64,000 bases of DNA from Rhodanobacteraceae bacterium (GTDB lineage: Bacteria > Pseudomonadota > Gammaproteobacteria > Xanthomonadales > SZUA-5), in the NCBI GenBank assembly GCA_024234055.1, contig JACKOW010000001.1, forward strand, positions 828,874-892,873. The letters are read 5' to 3'. The notes below the pieces were generated by a model. The model was not told where the DNA came from, did not search any database, and saw only the letters and a program-made list of their open reading frames with translations. This document shows positions 39,986 through 48,731 of this stretch, piece by piece (position 1 is the stretch's first letter; the number at the start of each line of letters is the position of its first letter). Made by a program: the position numbers and the translations under genes.

Positions 39986-40493
39986 GTCACAAGACCGCGT
40001 CAGCGGTCTGCGTGACAGCTCGCACGCGCTGGCACCGCTGCGACCCCGATCTGTCCACCAGCCGCCGTGATACTCGCGAAAACCGTGAATCGCCAGCAGG
40101 TCCCGCGTGATCTTCGCGTCCCGCTTCTGGCTTCGGTAGCGCCGCAAGGGAACTGGGGGACAAGGCGTCCAGCAATTTCTGGCAGGCGCGACGGGTTCCG
40201 ATGCTGATCAGATGCGTGGCGGTTGAGTCGCTTCAGCGCGTCACGCAGGCCTTTCAGGCCAGATGACCTACGAAAGCTGGCCACGGGCGATCTGCCGCCA
40301 TTTGGCCCAGGCGAACAGTGCCGGGATCACCACCAGCGTCCAGACAAGTCTGGAGCTACAAGAACGCGCGCCCGCAACCGACACCCACAACCGACAACCG
40401 ACAACCGACAACCGTCAAACGCTCCAGCGCATGACACCCACGGCCACAATTGTGCAGACTCCCCTATGGTTGGAGCGCAGACGGAGAGACACC

Positions 40494-40796
40494 ATGGCGC
40501 GCTGGATTGCACTCGGCGTTACCCTGTTGTTGATGGGGTCGTGCAGTTTTGTCAGTACCGATACGTTCAGGGGCGTGGTCGCGCCCTTGGGCGCGGCAGT
40601 GATGAGCTTCGTGACCTTGTATCTGTTCATTCAGGATCGGGTGGCGAGTCGGTTGCGCCCGCCGACGGCGCTGCTGATGGATGTCGAGACCCAACGCCTG
40701 CTGCGCGAACGCGCCGAGCGTGCGCGGACAGCGCAGCAGCCGGCAAACGGACGCGAGCAGGCGGACACGGGCGCAGCCTCGGGGGATCAGGGTTGA
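40494..40796 (+). CDS. Small inner membrane protein, DUF3302/YiaW-like (2 TM)
   Basis: In-frame part of ORF 40263..40796. ATG 40494 has a GGAGA SD. MARWIALGVTLLLMGSCSF.. plus a second TM. It lies immediately upstream of a HlyD-like gene, as in yiaW-yiaV. Confidence 0.5.
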   Translation: MARWIALGVTLLLMGSCSFVSTDTFRGVVAPLGAAVMSFVTLYLFIQDRVASRLRPPTALLMDVETQRLLRERAERARTAQQPANGREQADTGAASGDQG

Positions 40797-40801
40797 GCGC
40801 G

Positions 40802-41989
40802 ATGCGTTCTCCTGCGGCCCGTGCGGGTCTGCTGCTGGCGGCGGCGCTGGTCGTGGCGGTGCTGTACTTCGGCTTTCGTGGCGAGCGGGTGCGCGTGGAC
40901 ACGGCCCAGGTGCAGCGCCAGGAACTCGTTGAAAGTCTGCGTGAGGAAGGGCGAACCCGGGTCGTGCACCGTTACCGGATCACGGCTGCCGTGGCCGGTG
41001 AGGTGGAACGCCTTGAATGGCGTCCGGGCGACCCTGTCAGCGCCGGTCAGGTGCTGGTGCGCATCGCGCCGGCAATGGGCGCCCTGCTGGATCCCGCCAC
41101 CCGTGAACGGCTGCAGTTCGAGTCGCGCGCGGCCGGCTCGGCGGTGAGTCAGGCGCAGGCGCGCATCAATGCCGCCAAAGCCGCCGATACCCTGGCGCAG
41201 CAAGAATTGCAGCGGGTGCTGCCGATGGTAGCTTCAGGCACGCTGGCGCAACGCGAGGGCGATCGCGCCCAGAGTCAGGCGCAGCAGGCCCGTGCCGAGT
41301 TGGCGGCGGCACGCTTCACGTTGCAGCTGGCCCAGGCGCAACAGGAGGCGGCGCAGGCGCTGTTGCAGCAACAGGGTGCCAGCGCCGGTGATGACACGCT
41401 GGTGGAAATCACGGCGCCAGTAGCTGGCGTGATCCTGGCGCGCCTGCGCGAGAGTGCCGGACCGGTCGCCGTGGGCGAACCCTTGCTGGAGATCGGAGAT
41501 CCGACCAGCCTCGAAGTGGAAGTCGATCTGCTCTCGTCCGACGCAGTTCGGGTGGCGCCGGGCATGGACGTGCGCCTGCACCGTTGGGGTGGAGAGCAGT
41601 CCCTGCAGGCGCGGGTGCGACGGGTCGAACCGGTCGGCTTCACCAAGATCTCCGCGCTTGGGGTGGAGGAGCAGCGGGTCTACGTGCTGGCCGACCTGGT
41701 GTCGCCCGCCGAACAGTGGCAGCGCCTGGGCGACGGCTACCGCGTCGACGCCGAGTTCATCCTGTCCAGCGGCGAAGCCCTGACCGTTCCTGGTGGCGCT
41801 CTGTTCCGCAGCGGCGAAGACTGGGCGCTGTTCCGGATCGAGGACGGCCGTGCCCACCTGCGCAAGGTAGCGCTTGGGCGGCGCAGTGGCCTGGAGGCCG
41901 AGATCCTGAGCGGCGTCGAGGCCGGCGACCTGATCGTGGTGCATCCGGATGACCGCGTCAGTGAGGGCGCGCGGGTGGAGCCGCTTTAG
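40802..41989 (+). CDS. HlyD-family periplasmic adaptor/efflux MFP (YiaV-like)
   Basis: In-frame part of ORF 40223..41989. ATG 40802 is 5 bp after the upstream stop. N-terminal TM, coiled coil, C-terminal beta domain (..EITAPVAGVILARL..). Confidence 0.7.
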   Translation: MRSPAARAGLLLAAALVVAVLYFGFRGERVRVDTAQVQRQELVESLREEGRTRVVHRYRITAAVAGEVERLEWRPGDPVSAGQVLVRIAPAMGALLDPATRERLQFESRAAGSAVSQAQARINAAKAADTLAQQELQRVLPMVASGTLAQREGDRAQSQAQQARAELAAARFTLQLAQAQQEAAQALLQQQGASAGDDTLVEITAPVAGVILARLRESAGPVAVGEPLLEIGDPTSLEVEVDLLSSDAVRVAPGMDVRLHRWGGEQSLQARVRRVEPVGFTKISALGVEEQRVYVLADLVSPAEQWQRLGDGYRVDAEFILSSGEALTVPGGALFRSGEDWALFRIEDGRAHLRKVALGRRSGLEAEILSGVEAGDLIVVHPDDRVSEGARVEPL

Positions 41990-41994
41990 TTTGG

Positions 41995-42540
41995 TTGTCG
42001 GTTGTGGGTTGTGGGTTGTGGGAGTCCCGGTCGCCCCTGGCGGTGCGCTTGTTCGTGCATCAAACAAGGGGCAGGGGGCGGGGGGCGGGGGACCCACGTC
42101 GCGGCACGGTCAGATCATGCGTCGAGGTTGGACCCCTGCCCCTTGCCACTTCTATTGCATGCTTATACATCAATGCGTTAGCGTATTTTTGGTGAATGCG
42201 GACTCTCTCCGCAATAGCTCAATGGCCCGGGCCGCAGGCTCTTGTGAGTCCAGACTTGTCTGGACCCACCAAAACCGGCTGTTGTGGGTCCGGACTTGTC
42301 CGGACGCTCTTGTTTCAACTCGCCAGAAGCGTCCAGACAAGTCTGGACCCACAAGAGCACCGAAGCCCGTAGCCTTTCCCCGTGCCCCGTGCCCCGTGCC
42401 CCGTGCCCCGTGCCCCGTGCCCTCGTGCCCTCGTGCCCTCTTGCCCTCGCGCCCTCGTGCCCCGACATTCGTCACATGCCGCCCGCCAGGGCTTGCATAG
42501 AATCCGGTCAGCTGTTCATATGCTCGGTCTACCGAGGCGC
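41995..42540. repeat. Repeat mosaic: GTTGTCG/GTTGTGG heptamers, G-rich run, AT-rich island (42150-42200), palindromic CTTGTGAGTCCAGACTTGTCTGGACCCAC / GCGTCCAGACAAGTCTGGACCCACAAGAG elements, CCCCGTG x5 plus GCCCTCGT octamer array
   Basis: Direct reading. Confidence 0.8.
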
Positions 42541-42638
42541 GTGTGTGGTTTGGCGTCGACGGGGTCGCCATCGTGTCAGTCGACGCCGACTTCGCCTTGC
42601 CGCCGACGCGTATCTCCGCCATTGCCTATCGAGGGTTT

Positions 42639-45218
42639 ATGTCTGGCATTGTCATCGTAGAGACGTCGGCCACCTTGAGTCATTTGCTGCAGCGCACGCT
42701 GGCGGCCAGTCACCAGACCGTGGACCGGATGATCGGCAACTATGCCGAAGCCAACGAATTGCTGGCATCGATTGATGCCGGTGCGGTCAAGTTCAAGGTG
42801 CTGGTGATTGGCGCGCCGCAGCGATCCACGCCCGAGTTCGAGGCGCTGATGACCCAACTTGGTGATTCGCGGGCACCGGCGCTGGCGGTGCTGGTGTTGA
42901 GTCACGAGAAGACACCCTTCCTGGCGCAATGGCTGGCGCGGCGGCGCAACGCATTCCTGCTGCTGTGGTCCAATTTCGGCCGCATTCCGGCGGCGCTGAA
43001 GCAGTTGCTGCCGCCAGAGGCAGCCGACAGTCCCGGGCCGTCTCCCGAGAGCCTGGTGCAGGCGCCAAGCATTGCGCCGCTGCGGGTCTTGTTCGTCGAT
43101 GACTCCCAGAGCGTGCGCTTTGCCTACCGTCAGGTGCTGGAAAGCAATGGCTTCATCGTCGATACGGCGGCGTCGGTGCAGGAGGGCTATGCCAAGGGCC
43201 AGAGCGGTGCCTACGATCTGGCCATCGTCGACTATTACCTCCCCGATGGCAGCGGCGATGAGCTGACGCGGCGCCTGGTGACGTCCACGGCCACCCGGAA
43301 TATGCCCATCGCCATCATCACTGGCAGCTACAAGGACGCGATCATCAAGCGCAGCCTCGAAGCTGGCGCCATGGAATGCATGTTCAAGAACGAGGTGCTG
43401 GAGCTGACGCTGGCGCGGATCAAGGCACTGGCCCGCACCATCCAGTCGCAGAAATCGGTGGAGGCCGAACGCTTGCGACTGGACGGCATCCTGCGGGCCG
43501 TGGGCGACGGCGTCTACGGTGTGGACGGGCAGGGCGTCATCACCTTTGCCAACCCGGCGGCAGTGCGGGTGCTGGATTATCTGGATGAGCAGGAGCTGAT
43601 CGGCAAGCAAGCCCATCAGCTGATCCATTTCGCGGCCGAGGATGGCGAGCGCATCGGCGTGCAGGATTCGGCGCTGGCCCGCGCCTACAGCGAGGGCTCG
43701 GAACTCAGCTCCTACGAAACCGTGTTCTGGACCCGCGCCGGGCAGGCGCTGCCGGTTGAATGCACGGTGTTGCCGCTGGCCATCCAGGGCCGGCGCGAGG
43801 GCACGGTGGTGGTTTTCCGCAATATTTCCGAGCGCAAGAGCGCCGATCGCCTGCGCTGGGAGTTGCTGCACGATCAGCTCACCGGTCTGGCCAACCGTCG
43901 CTGTCTGACCCAGTCGCTGACCCAGGAACTGGAGATCCGGCGCGAGCGCGGCGGCTATTCGGCGCTGCTCTACATCGATCTCGACCGCTTCAACATGATT
44001 GTCGAAAACGCCGGCCAGGCGGCGGCCGATCGGGTGCTGGTGGATGTCGGGCATCTGCTGTCGCAGCGACTGCGTCCGGACGATGCGCTGGCAAGGCTGG
44101 AGGATGATCACTACGCGCTGCTGCTCTCCGGCGTGCAGCTGGAGAATCTGTTCACCATCGCCGACAGCTTCCGCGAGTTGGTCAAGGACGGCAATTACCA
44201 GCTCTATGGCCGCGAAGTGGCGGTCAGTGGATCGGTCGGCGTGGCCATTCTCAGTGGCGAGGCTCCCAGCGCCGAGTACGTGATCGAGCACGCGCGGCTG
44301 GCTTGCCACGACGCCAAGCGCCGAGGACGCGATCAGACCCAGATCTATGTCTCGGGCGCCGATGCCCGAATTGCCCGGGAACTGGACGCCGGTTGGATCG
44401 TGCGTTTGCGCGAAGCGCTGCACGAAGATCGCTTCCTGCTGCTGACGCAGCCGATCGTGCCGGTGGCGGGCATCCGCGATGCCGACGAGGCGGCGTTGCG
44501 CTCGCAGGGTTGGCGTTTGCACCAGCACAGCAGCGGCGAAGCCCTGTTCGAACTGTTGATCCGCATGGTCAACCGCGACGGCCAGCTGGTCAGTCCCTCG
44601 GTGTTCGTGCCGCTGGCCGAGCGCGTGGGCATGATGCCGAAGATCGATCTCTGGGTGATTGCCCGGGCGCTGCGGTTCCTGGCCACCTTGCCCGCCGATT
44701 CGCGCGTGGGCTTCACTGTGAATCTGTCCAATTCGACCCTGCAGGACCCGGAAGCGCTGAAGCTGATCGAGCAGATGATCAGCGGCTCCGGCGTGCAGGC
44801 CAACCGGCTGATCTTCGAGGTCACCGAAACCAGCGAAATCGGCAGTCTGCACGCGGCGCGCAAGTTCATGCAGGGCTTGCGCAAGGTCGGCGTGCGCTTC
44901 GCCCTGGATGATTTCGGCACCGGTTTCAGCTCGATCAGCCATCTGAAACACCTGCCGGTGGATTTCGTCAAGATCGAAGGCAGCCTGATCACGGATCTGG
45001 GCGAATCCTCGCGCGATCGCACCATGGTCGCCTCGATGGTGTCGCTGGCGCACGCCCTGGACCTTGGGGTTATCGCCGAGCACGTTGACAGCCTGCATAC
45101 GCTGAAGTGGCTGGCCGATTGTGGTGCCGACCATGCCCAGGGTCATTTCCTGGGCGAGCCGGTGAAGCTGGAGGAAATCGACTTCAAGGCGCTCAGCACC
45201 AAGGCCACCCTTGCCTGA
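42639..45218 (+). CDS. Response-regulator-type c-di-GMP turnover protein: pseudo-receiver + REC + PAS + GGDEF + EAL
   Basis: REC with DLAIVDYYLPDGSG. PAS region. GGDEF (LTGLANRR..LYIDLDRFNMIVENAG) and EAL (..FEVTETSEI..LDDFGTGFSS..) domains. Start MSGIVIVE has GAGGG SD. The ORF-table upstream extension is rejected. Confidence 0.85.
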   Translation: MSGIVIVETSATLSHLLQRTLAASHQTVDRMIGNYAEANELLASIDAGAVKFKVLVIGAPQRSTPEFEALMTQLGDSRAPALAVLVLSHEKTPFLAQWLARRRNAFLLLWSNFGRIPAALKQLLPPEAADSPGPSPESLVQAPSIAPLRVLFVDDSQSVRFAYRQVLESNGFIVDTAASVQEGYAKGQSGAYDLAIVDYYLPDGSGDELTRRLVTSTATRNMPIAIITGSYKDAIIKRSLEAGAMECMFKNEVLELTLARIKALARTIQSQKSVEAERLRLDGILRAVGDGVYGVDGQGVITFANPAAVRVLDYLDEQELIGKQAHQLIHFAAEDGERIGVQDSALARAYSEGSELSSYETVFWTRAGQALPVECTVLPLAIQGRREGTVVVFRNISERKSADRLRWELLHDQLTGLANRRCLTQSLTQELEIRRERGGYSALLYIDLDRFNMIVENAGQAAADRVLVDVGHLLSQRLRPDDALARLEDDHYALLLSGVQLENLFTIADSFRELVKDGNYQLYGREVAVSGSVGVAILSGEAPSAEYVIEHARLACHDAKRRGRDQTQIYVSGADARIARELDAGWIVRLREALHEDRFLLLTQPIVPVAGIRDADEAALRSQGWRLHQHSSGEALFELLIRMVNRDGQLVSPSVFVPLAERVGMMPKIDLWVIARALRFLATLPADSRVGFTVNLSNSTLQDPEALKLIEQMISGSGVQANRLIFEVTETSEIGSLHAARKFMQGLRKVGVRFALDDFGTGFSSISHLKHLPVDFVKIEGSLITDLGESSRDRTMVASMVSLAHALDLGVIAEHVDSLHTLKWLADCGADHAQGHFLGEPVKLEEIDFKALSTKATLA

Positions 45219-46080
45219 GACGCAGTCGCCCGTCGCAGATCGTCACCCGCTGCTGAGTCTGCTGGGCGGTGCTTCGGTCATCGTGCCCTTGCTCGGCCTG
45301 CTGTTGCTCGGTGCCTTGGCCGTGCTGACGCCGTGGATGTGGCCGTACTCGCCGGAACAGCCGCTGTGGGGCCAGGATCTGCTGGCGCCGGGCATCGCTC
45401 ACGGCCACTGGTTTGGTACCGATGCCATTGGCCGGGACATGTTGGCGCGGACTCTGGCCGGCATCGGCGTTTCCCTGGCCATCGGACTCGGTGCTGGCGT
45501 GCTGGCCTTGCTCGTCGGCGCCTTGATCGGAGGGATTGCCGGCTATGCCGGCGGCTGGGTTGACGAAGCGCTGATGCGTACCAACGACGTCCTGCTCAGC
45601 CTGCCGCTGATGCTCATCGCGATTCTGGTGATCGCCTTGTTCGAGCCCTCGTTGTGGGCCTTGATTCTGGTGGTGGGCGGCTTTGGCAGCCTGGATGCCG
45701 CGCGCATCCTCAGACCGGAGGCGCGGCGCCTGCGCACGACTGAATTCATGCTCGCCAGCCAGCTGCAGGGCGCCAGCGCGACGGCCCAGATCGCGCGCCA
45801 TCTGCTGCCCAATCTGCTGCCGGTAGCACTGACCGCCTTTGGCTCGGTGGTGACTCAGGCGATTCTGGTCGAGTCCTTTCTGGCCTTCCTGGGCCTCGGG
45901 CCCAGCGAAACGGTGGGCAGTCTGGGCACGCTGTTGGCCGAAGGTGTGCAGGATCTGCAATGGGCGCCGTGGACCTTGTGGATACCGGCGGCGGCGCTGG
46001 CGCTGGTACTGCTGGGCTTTGGCCTGCTCGGCGATGCCTTGCGACAGCGCTTGCGATACTTGACCGGAAGTTCCGATTGA
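45211..46080 (+). CDS. Peptide/nickel/opine-type ABC transporter permease (DppC/OppC/YejE-like)
   Basis: N-terminal TM before PYSPEQ, an EAA-like loop region and 6 TM helices. Only a TTG start (45211) preserves the first TM. It overlaps the preceding stop by 8 bp. Confidence 0.65.
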   Translation: MPETQSPVADRHPLLSLLGGASVIVPLLGLLLLGALAVLTPWMWPYSPEQPLWGQDLLAPGIAHGHWFGTDAIGRDMLARTLAGIGVSLAIGLGAGVLALLVGALIGGIAGYAGGWVDEALMRTNDVLLSLPLMLIAILVIALFEPSLWALILVVGGFGSLDAARILRPEARRLRTTEFMLASQLQGASATAQIARHLLPNLLPVALTAFGSVVTQAILVESFLAFLGLGPSETVGSLGTLLAEGVQDLQWAPWTLWIPAAALALVLLGFGLLGDALRQRLRYLTGSSD

Positions 46081-47630
46081 ACGCGCCTCTGCTGCAGTTG
46101 AGCGGGTTGCGTGTCGGATTTCGCGCTGCCGATGACGTGCTCACGCACGTTGATCTGGCGCTGGCCGAGGGCCAGGTCTGTGGCCTGATCGGTGCGTCGG
46201 GTTCCGGCAAGAGCCTGCTGGCGCGGGCCCTGATCGGCTTGTTGCCCGCAGCTGCAGAGCTGCGCGGCGGCCTTGTTCACTGGCGCGGTCAGTTGCTGCC
46301 TCCTGACGAGATTGCGCCCTTGCGCGGCCGTGAGATCGCCTATGTGTTCCAGGATGCCGCAGCCAGCCTGCACCCGCTGCGCCGCATCCAGGACCAGTTG
46401 CGCGAGGCTCTGGCGGTGCATGCACCCGAACTCGATTCGGCCGCTGCTGATGGCAGGATCGCCGAGGCGCTGCGCGATGTCGGCATGGAGGCCGATCCGC
46501 GCTGGCTGCGCGCCTATCCGCATCAGCTTTCGGGCGGTCAGCGCCAACGCCTGATGCTGGCACTGACGCTGTTGCCCAAGCCGGCACTGCTGGTGGCCGA
46601 TGAGCCCACCAGCGCGCTGGATCCGGTGCTGGCCCGGCGCGTCTGTGAACTGTTGGTGGCCGCGACCCGGGCACGGGGCATGGCGCTGCTGCTGATCAGC
46701 CACGATCTGCCGCGCGTCGCCGAATACTGCGAACGGGTTTATCAGCTGACAGATGGCTGCCTGCAGGTTGCCAGTCTCACCGATTCGAACGGCGCAACGG
46801 TCGCCGCCAGCGGCGCCACGCCTGAATCGGCTGGCCCCAGTCTGGCGGCACAGGCACTCAGTTTGAGTTACCAGCCCGCTCGACGCTGGCCCTGGTCGCG
46901 CACTCCGCCGTCGGTGGTCGAGGGCCTGAGCCTGTCGCTGGCGCCGGGCGAGCGTCTGGCGGTCGTGGGCAGTTCCGGTTCAGGCAAATCGACCTTGGCG
47001 CGCGGCCTGCTTGGGCTGATGCCGGTGCTGAGCGGTCGGGTTGACTGGTTCGGTCGCAGCCTGTCCGAGCTGGAATCGCGCCAGTTACGGCGCTGGCGCC
47101 GGCGCGTACAGATGGTGTTTCAGGATCCCTACCGGACGCTGGATCCGCTTCAGCGGGTAGACCGGATGCTCTTCGAAGCGTTGAGCTTTGCGCCGACACC
47201 GCCGACTGCAGGCCAGCAACTGGATCGCGCGCTGGCACTGCTGCGAGAGGTCGGCCTGGATGAAGCCGCACTGTGGCGCTACCCCAGCCAGTTCTCCGGC
47301 GGCCAGCGCCAGCGTCTGGCCATCGCCCGGGCGCTGGCCTGCGAGCCGGAGGTGCTGATCTGCGACGAAGCTACCAGTGCGCTCGATCCTGCCGTGCAGG
47401 CGCAGATTCTGGATCTGCTCGATAGCCTCGCCACACTGCGCGGCTTGGCCTTGCTGTTCATCTCCCACGATCTCGGCGCCGTGGCCCGTCTCTGCCAGCG
47501 CCTGCTGGTCATGGACCAGGGGCGCGCCGTGGAAACCGGACCGGTGGCCTCGCTGCTGGCCAATCCGCAATCGCCGGCGCTGCGAGCGCTGGTAGCGGCG
47601 CTGCCGGCGGGAGTGGGGGCGGGGGCGTGA
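46077..47630 (+). CDS. Fused double ABC ATPase (DppD-DppF/YejF-like)
   Basis: Two complete NBDs (GASGSGKS..LSGGQRQR..LLVADEPTSALD; GSSGSGKST..FSGGQRQR..LICDEATSALD). TTG start overlaps the permease stop (TTGA) with a GGAAG SD. The ORF-table upstream extension is rejected. Confidence 0.8.
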   Translation: MNAPLLQLSGLRVGFRAADDVLTHVDLALAEGQVCGLIGASGSGKSLLARALIGLLPAAAELRGGLVHWRGQLLPPDEIAPLRGREIAYVFQDAAASLHPLRRIQDQLREALAVHAPELDSAAADGRIAEALRDVGMEADPRWLRAYPHQLSGGQRQRLMLALTLLPKPALLVADEPTSALDPVLARRVCELLVAATRARGMALLLISHDLPRVAEYCERVYQLTDGCLQVASLTDSNGATVAASGATPESAGPSLAAQALSLSYQPARRWPWSRTPPSVVEGLSLSLAPGERLAVVGSSGSGKSTLARGLLGLMPVLSGRVDWFGRSLSELESRQLRRWRRRVQMVFQDPYRTLDPLQRVDRMLFEALSFAPTPPTAGQQLDRALALLREVGLDEAALWRYPSQFSGGQRQRLAIARALACEPEVLICDEATSALDPAVQAQILDLLDSLATLRGLALLFISHDLGAVARLCQRLLVMDQGRAVETGPVASLLANPQSPALRALVAALPAGVGAGA

Positions 47631-47730
47631 GGGCACGAGGGCACGAGGGCGCGAGGGCATGAAGAAGCTGGCACTCGGCCGTAGTGAGGTCTTTCGTTCC
47701 CTCGCGCCCTCGCGTCCTCGTGCTCCCCGC
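47631..47730. repeat. Inverted heptamer/octamer arrays (GAGGGCAC x3 ... GCCCTCG x3) forming a ~30-bp-stem hairpin directly after the ATPase stop codon
   Basis: Direct reading. It is plausibly a terminator/insulator structure but has no U-run. Confidence 0.7.
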
Positions 47731-47831
47731 CCCTAAAATCAACATGAACGCTGCTTAAACATCGCCCAAACGCGCAGTCGCAGGGATAGGCTTCATCCAA
47801 CCGCCCGAAACGGTCAGACGAGGACTCCGAG

Positions 47832-48599
47832 ATGAATTCCAGACTGCTCTTGATTTCCCTGGCGACTGGCTTGGCGCTCTGCGCCACCAGTGTCTCCGCC
47901 ACCGAGGTGTTCCAGCCGCGCAAGGTGGAATCCGATCTATGGCAATCGCCCCACTTCCGCCGCGCGCACCCGGATCTGAAGCATCGTCTGCAAGGTCAGG
48001 CGCACCTGGAAGATGGTCGCGCCAAGCAGGCAGTGACCGAGTTTCAGCAAGCGGCGCGCTGGGGAGACAAGTTGTCGCAGGCGATGCTGGCCGAGCTCTA
48101 TTGGCAGGGTGAAGGCGTGAAACAGGATCGTGCCCGGGCCTATGCCTGGATGGATCTCGCAGCAGAACGCCAGTTTGTCGCCTTTGTGGCCAAGCGCGAG
48201 CGATTCTGGTCCGAGCTCGACGCCAACGAGCGTGAGCGGGCTCTGGCGATCGGCCAGGAACTCTATGCCAGCATGGGCGATGAGCGGGCTCTGCCCCGTC
48301 TGAACAAGCATCTGCGCAAGGAACGCTCCAGCACCGGCAGCCGGTTGGGATACGGCGGCAACGGCAGCGTGATCCTGCCTACCGCTGGCGGCGGTTCCGT
48401 CGACATCTATGCGCGCTCGGCCTCGGGCATGCTGGGCATGGTCGGCGCAGCGGGCGGCCGCCAGATTCCGATGACCGCCTATTACGCCAGGCAGTACTGG
48501 CAGACCGAGGCCTATCTGGACTGGCAATCCGATCAGCTGGAACTGGCGCGTCGGGGCATCGTCCGGGTTGGTGCCGTGGAAGACAGCTTGCCCGACTGA
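47832..48599 (+). CDS. Secreted Sel1-like (TPR-type) repeat protein
   Basis: Signal peptide. Sel1-like repeats (..AMLAELYWQGEGVKQDRARAYAWMDLAAER..). GAGGA SD. Confidence 0.65.
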   Translation: MNSRLLLISLATGLALCATSVSATEVFQPRKVESDLWQSPHFRRAHPDLKHRLQGQAHLEDGRAKQAVTEFQQAARWGDKLSQAMLAELYWQGEGVKQDRARAYAWMDLAAERQFVAFVAKRERFWSELDANERERALAIGQELYASMGDERALPRLNKHLRKERSSTGSRLGYGGNGSVILPTAGGGSVDIYARSASGMLGMVGAAGGRQIPMTAYYARQYWQTEAYLDWQSDQLELARRGIVRVGAVEDSLPD

Positions 48600-48731
48600 G
48601 CTGATCACCGACTGGCGCAGGGCGAGCCATTCGCCAGTCGGCTGCTATCGCACGGAAAATGGGGCTATCCTGTCGGCGCTCCGCGGTGAGCGCCGATGCC
48701 GGTGCCCATGCCTGCGGCTGAGGAGTGTGCG

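Noticed and set aside
39008-40147. 379-aa - ORF overlapping the spermidine-synthase-like gene and the upstream repeats
   Set aside because: It runs through a MITE and REP block and is antisense to a gene with an SD-preceded GTG start and SAM-fold motifs.
39986-40490. Possible degraded RAYT or other gene in the 500-bp gap before the yiaW-like gene (ORFs 40000..40284 -, 39987..40175 -)
   Set aside because: The translated frames show no HuH/Y1 or other recognisable motifs. The region is explained by REP remnants and heptamer arrays.
42576-45146. 856-aa - ORF antisense to the GGDEF-EAL gene
   Set aside because: Shadow ORF. The + strand has REC, PAS, GGDEF and EAL signatures.
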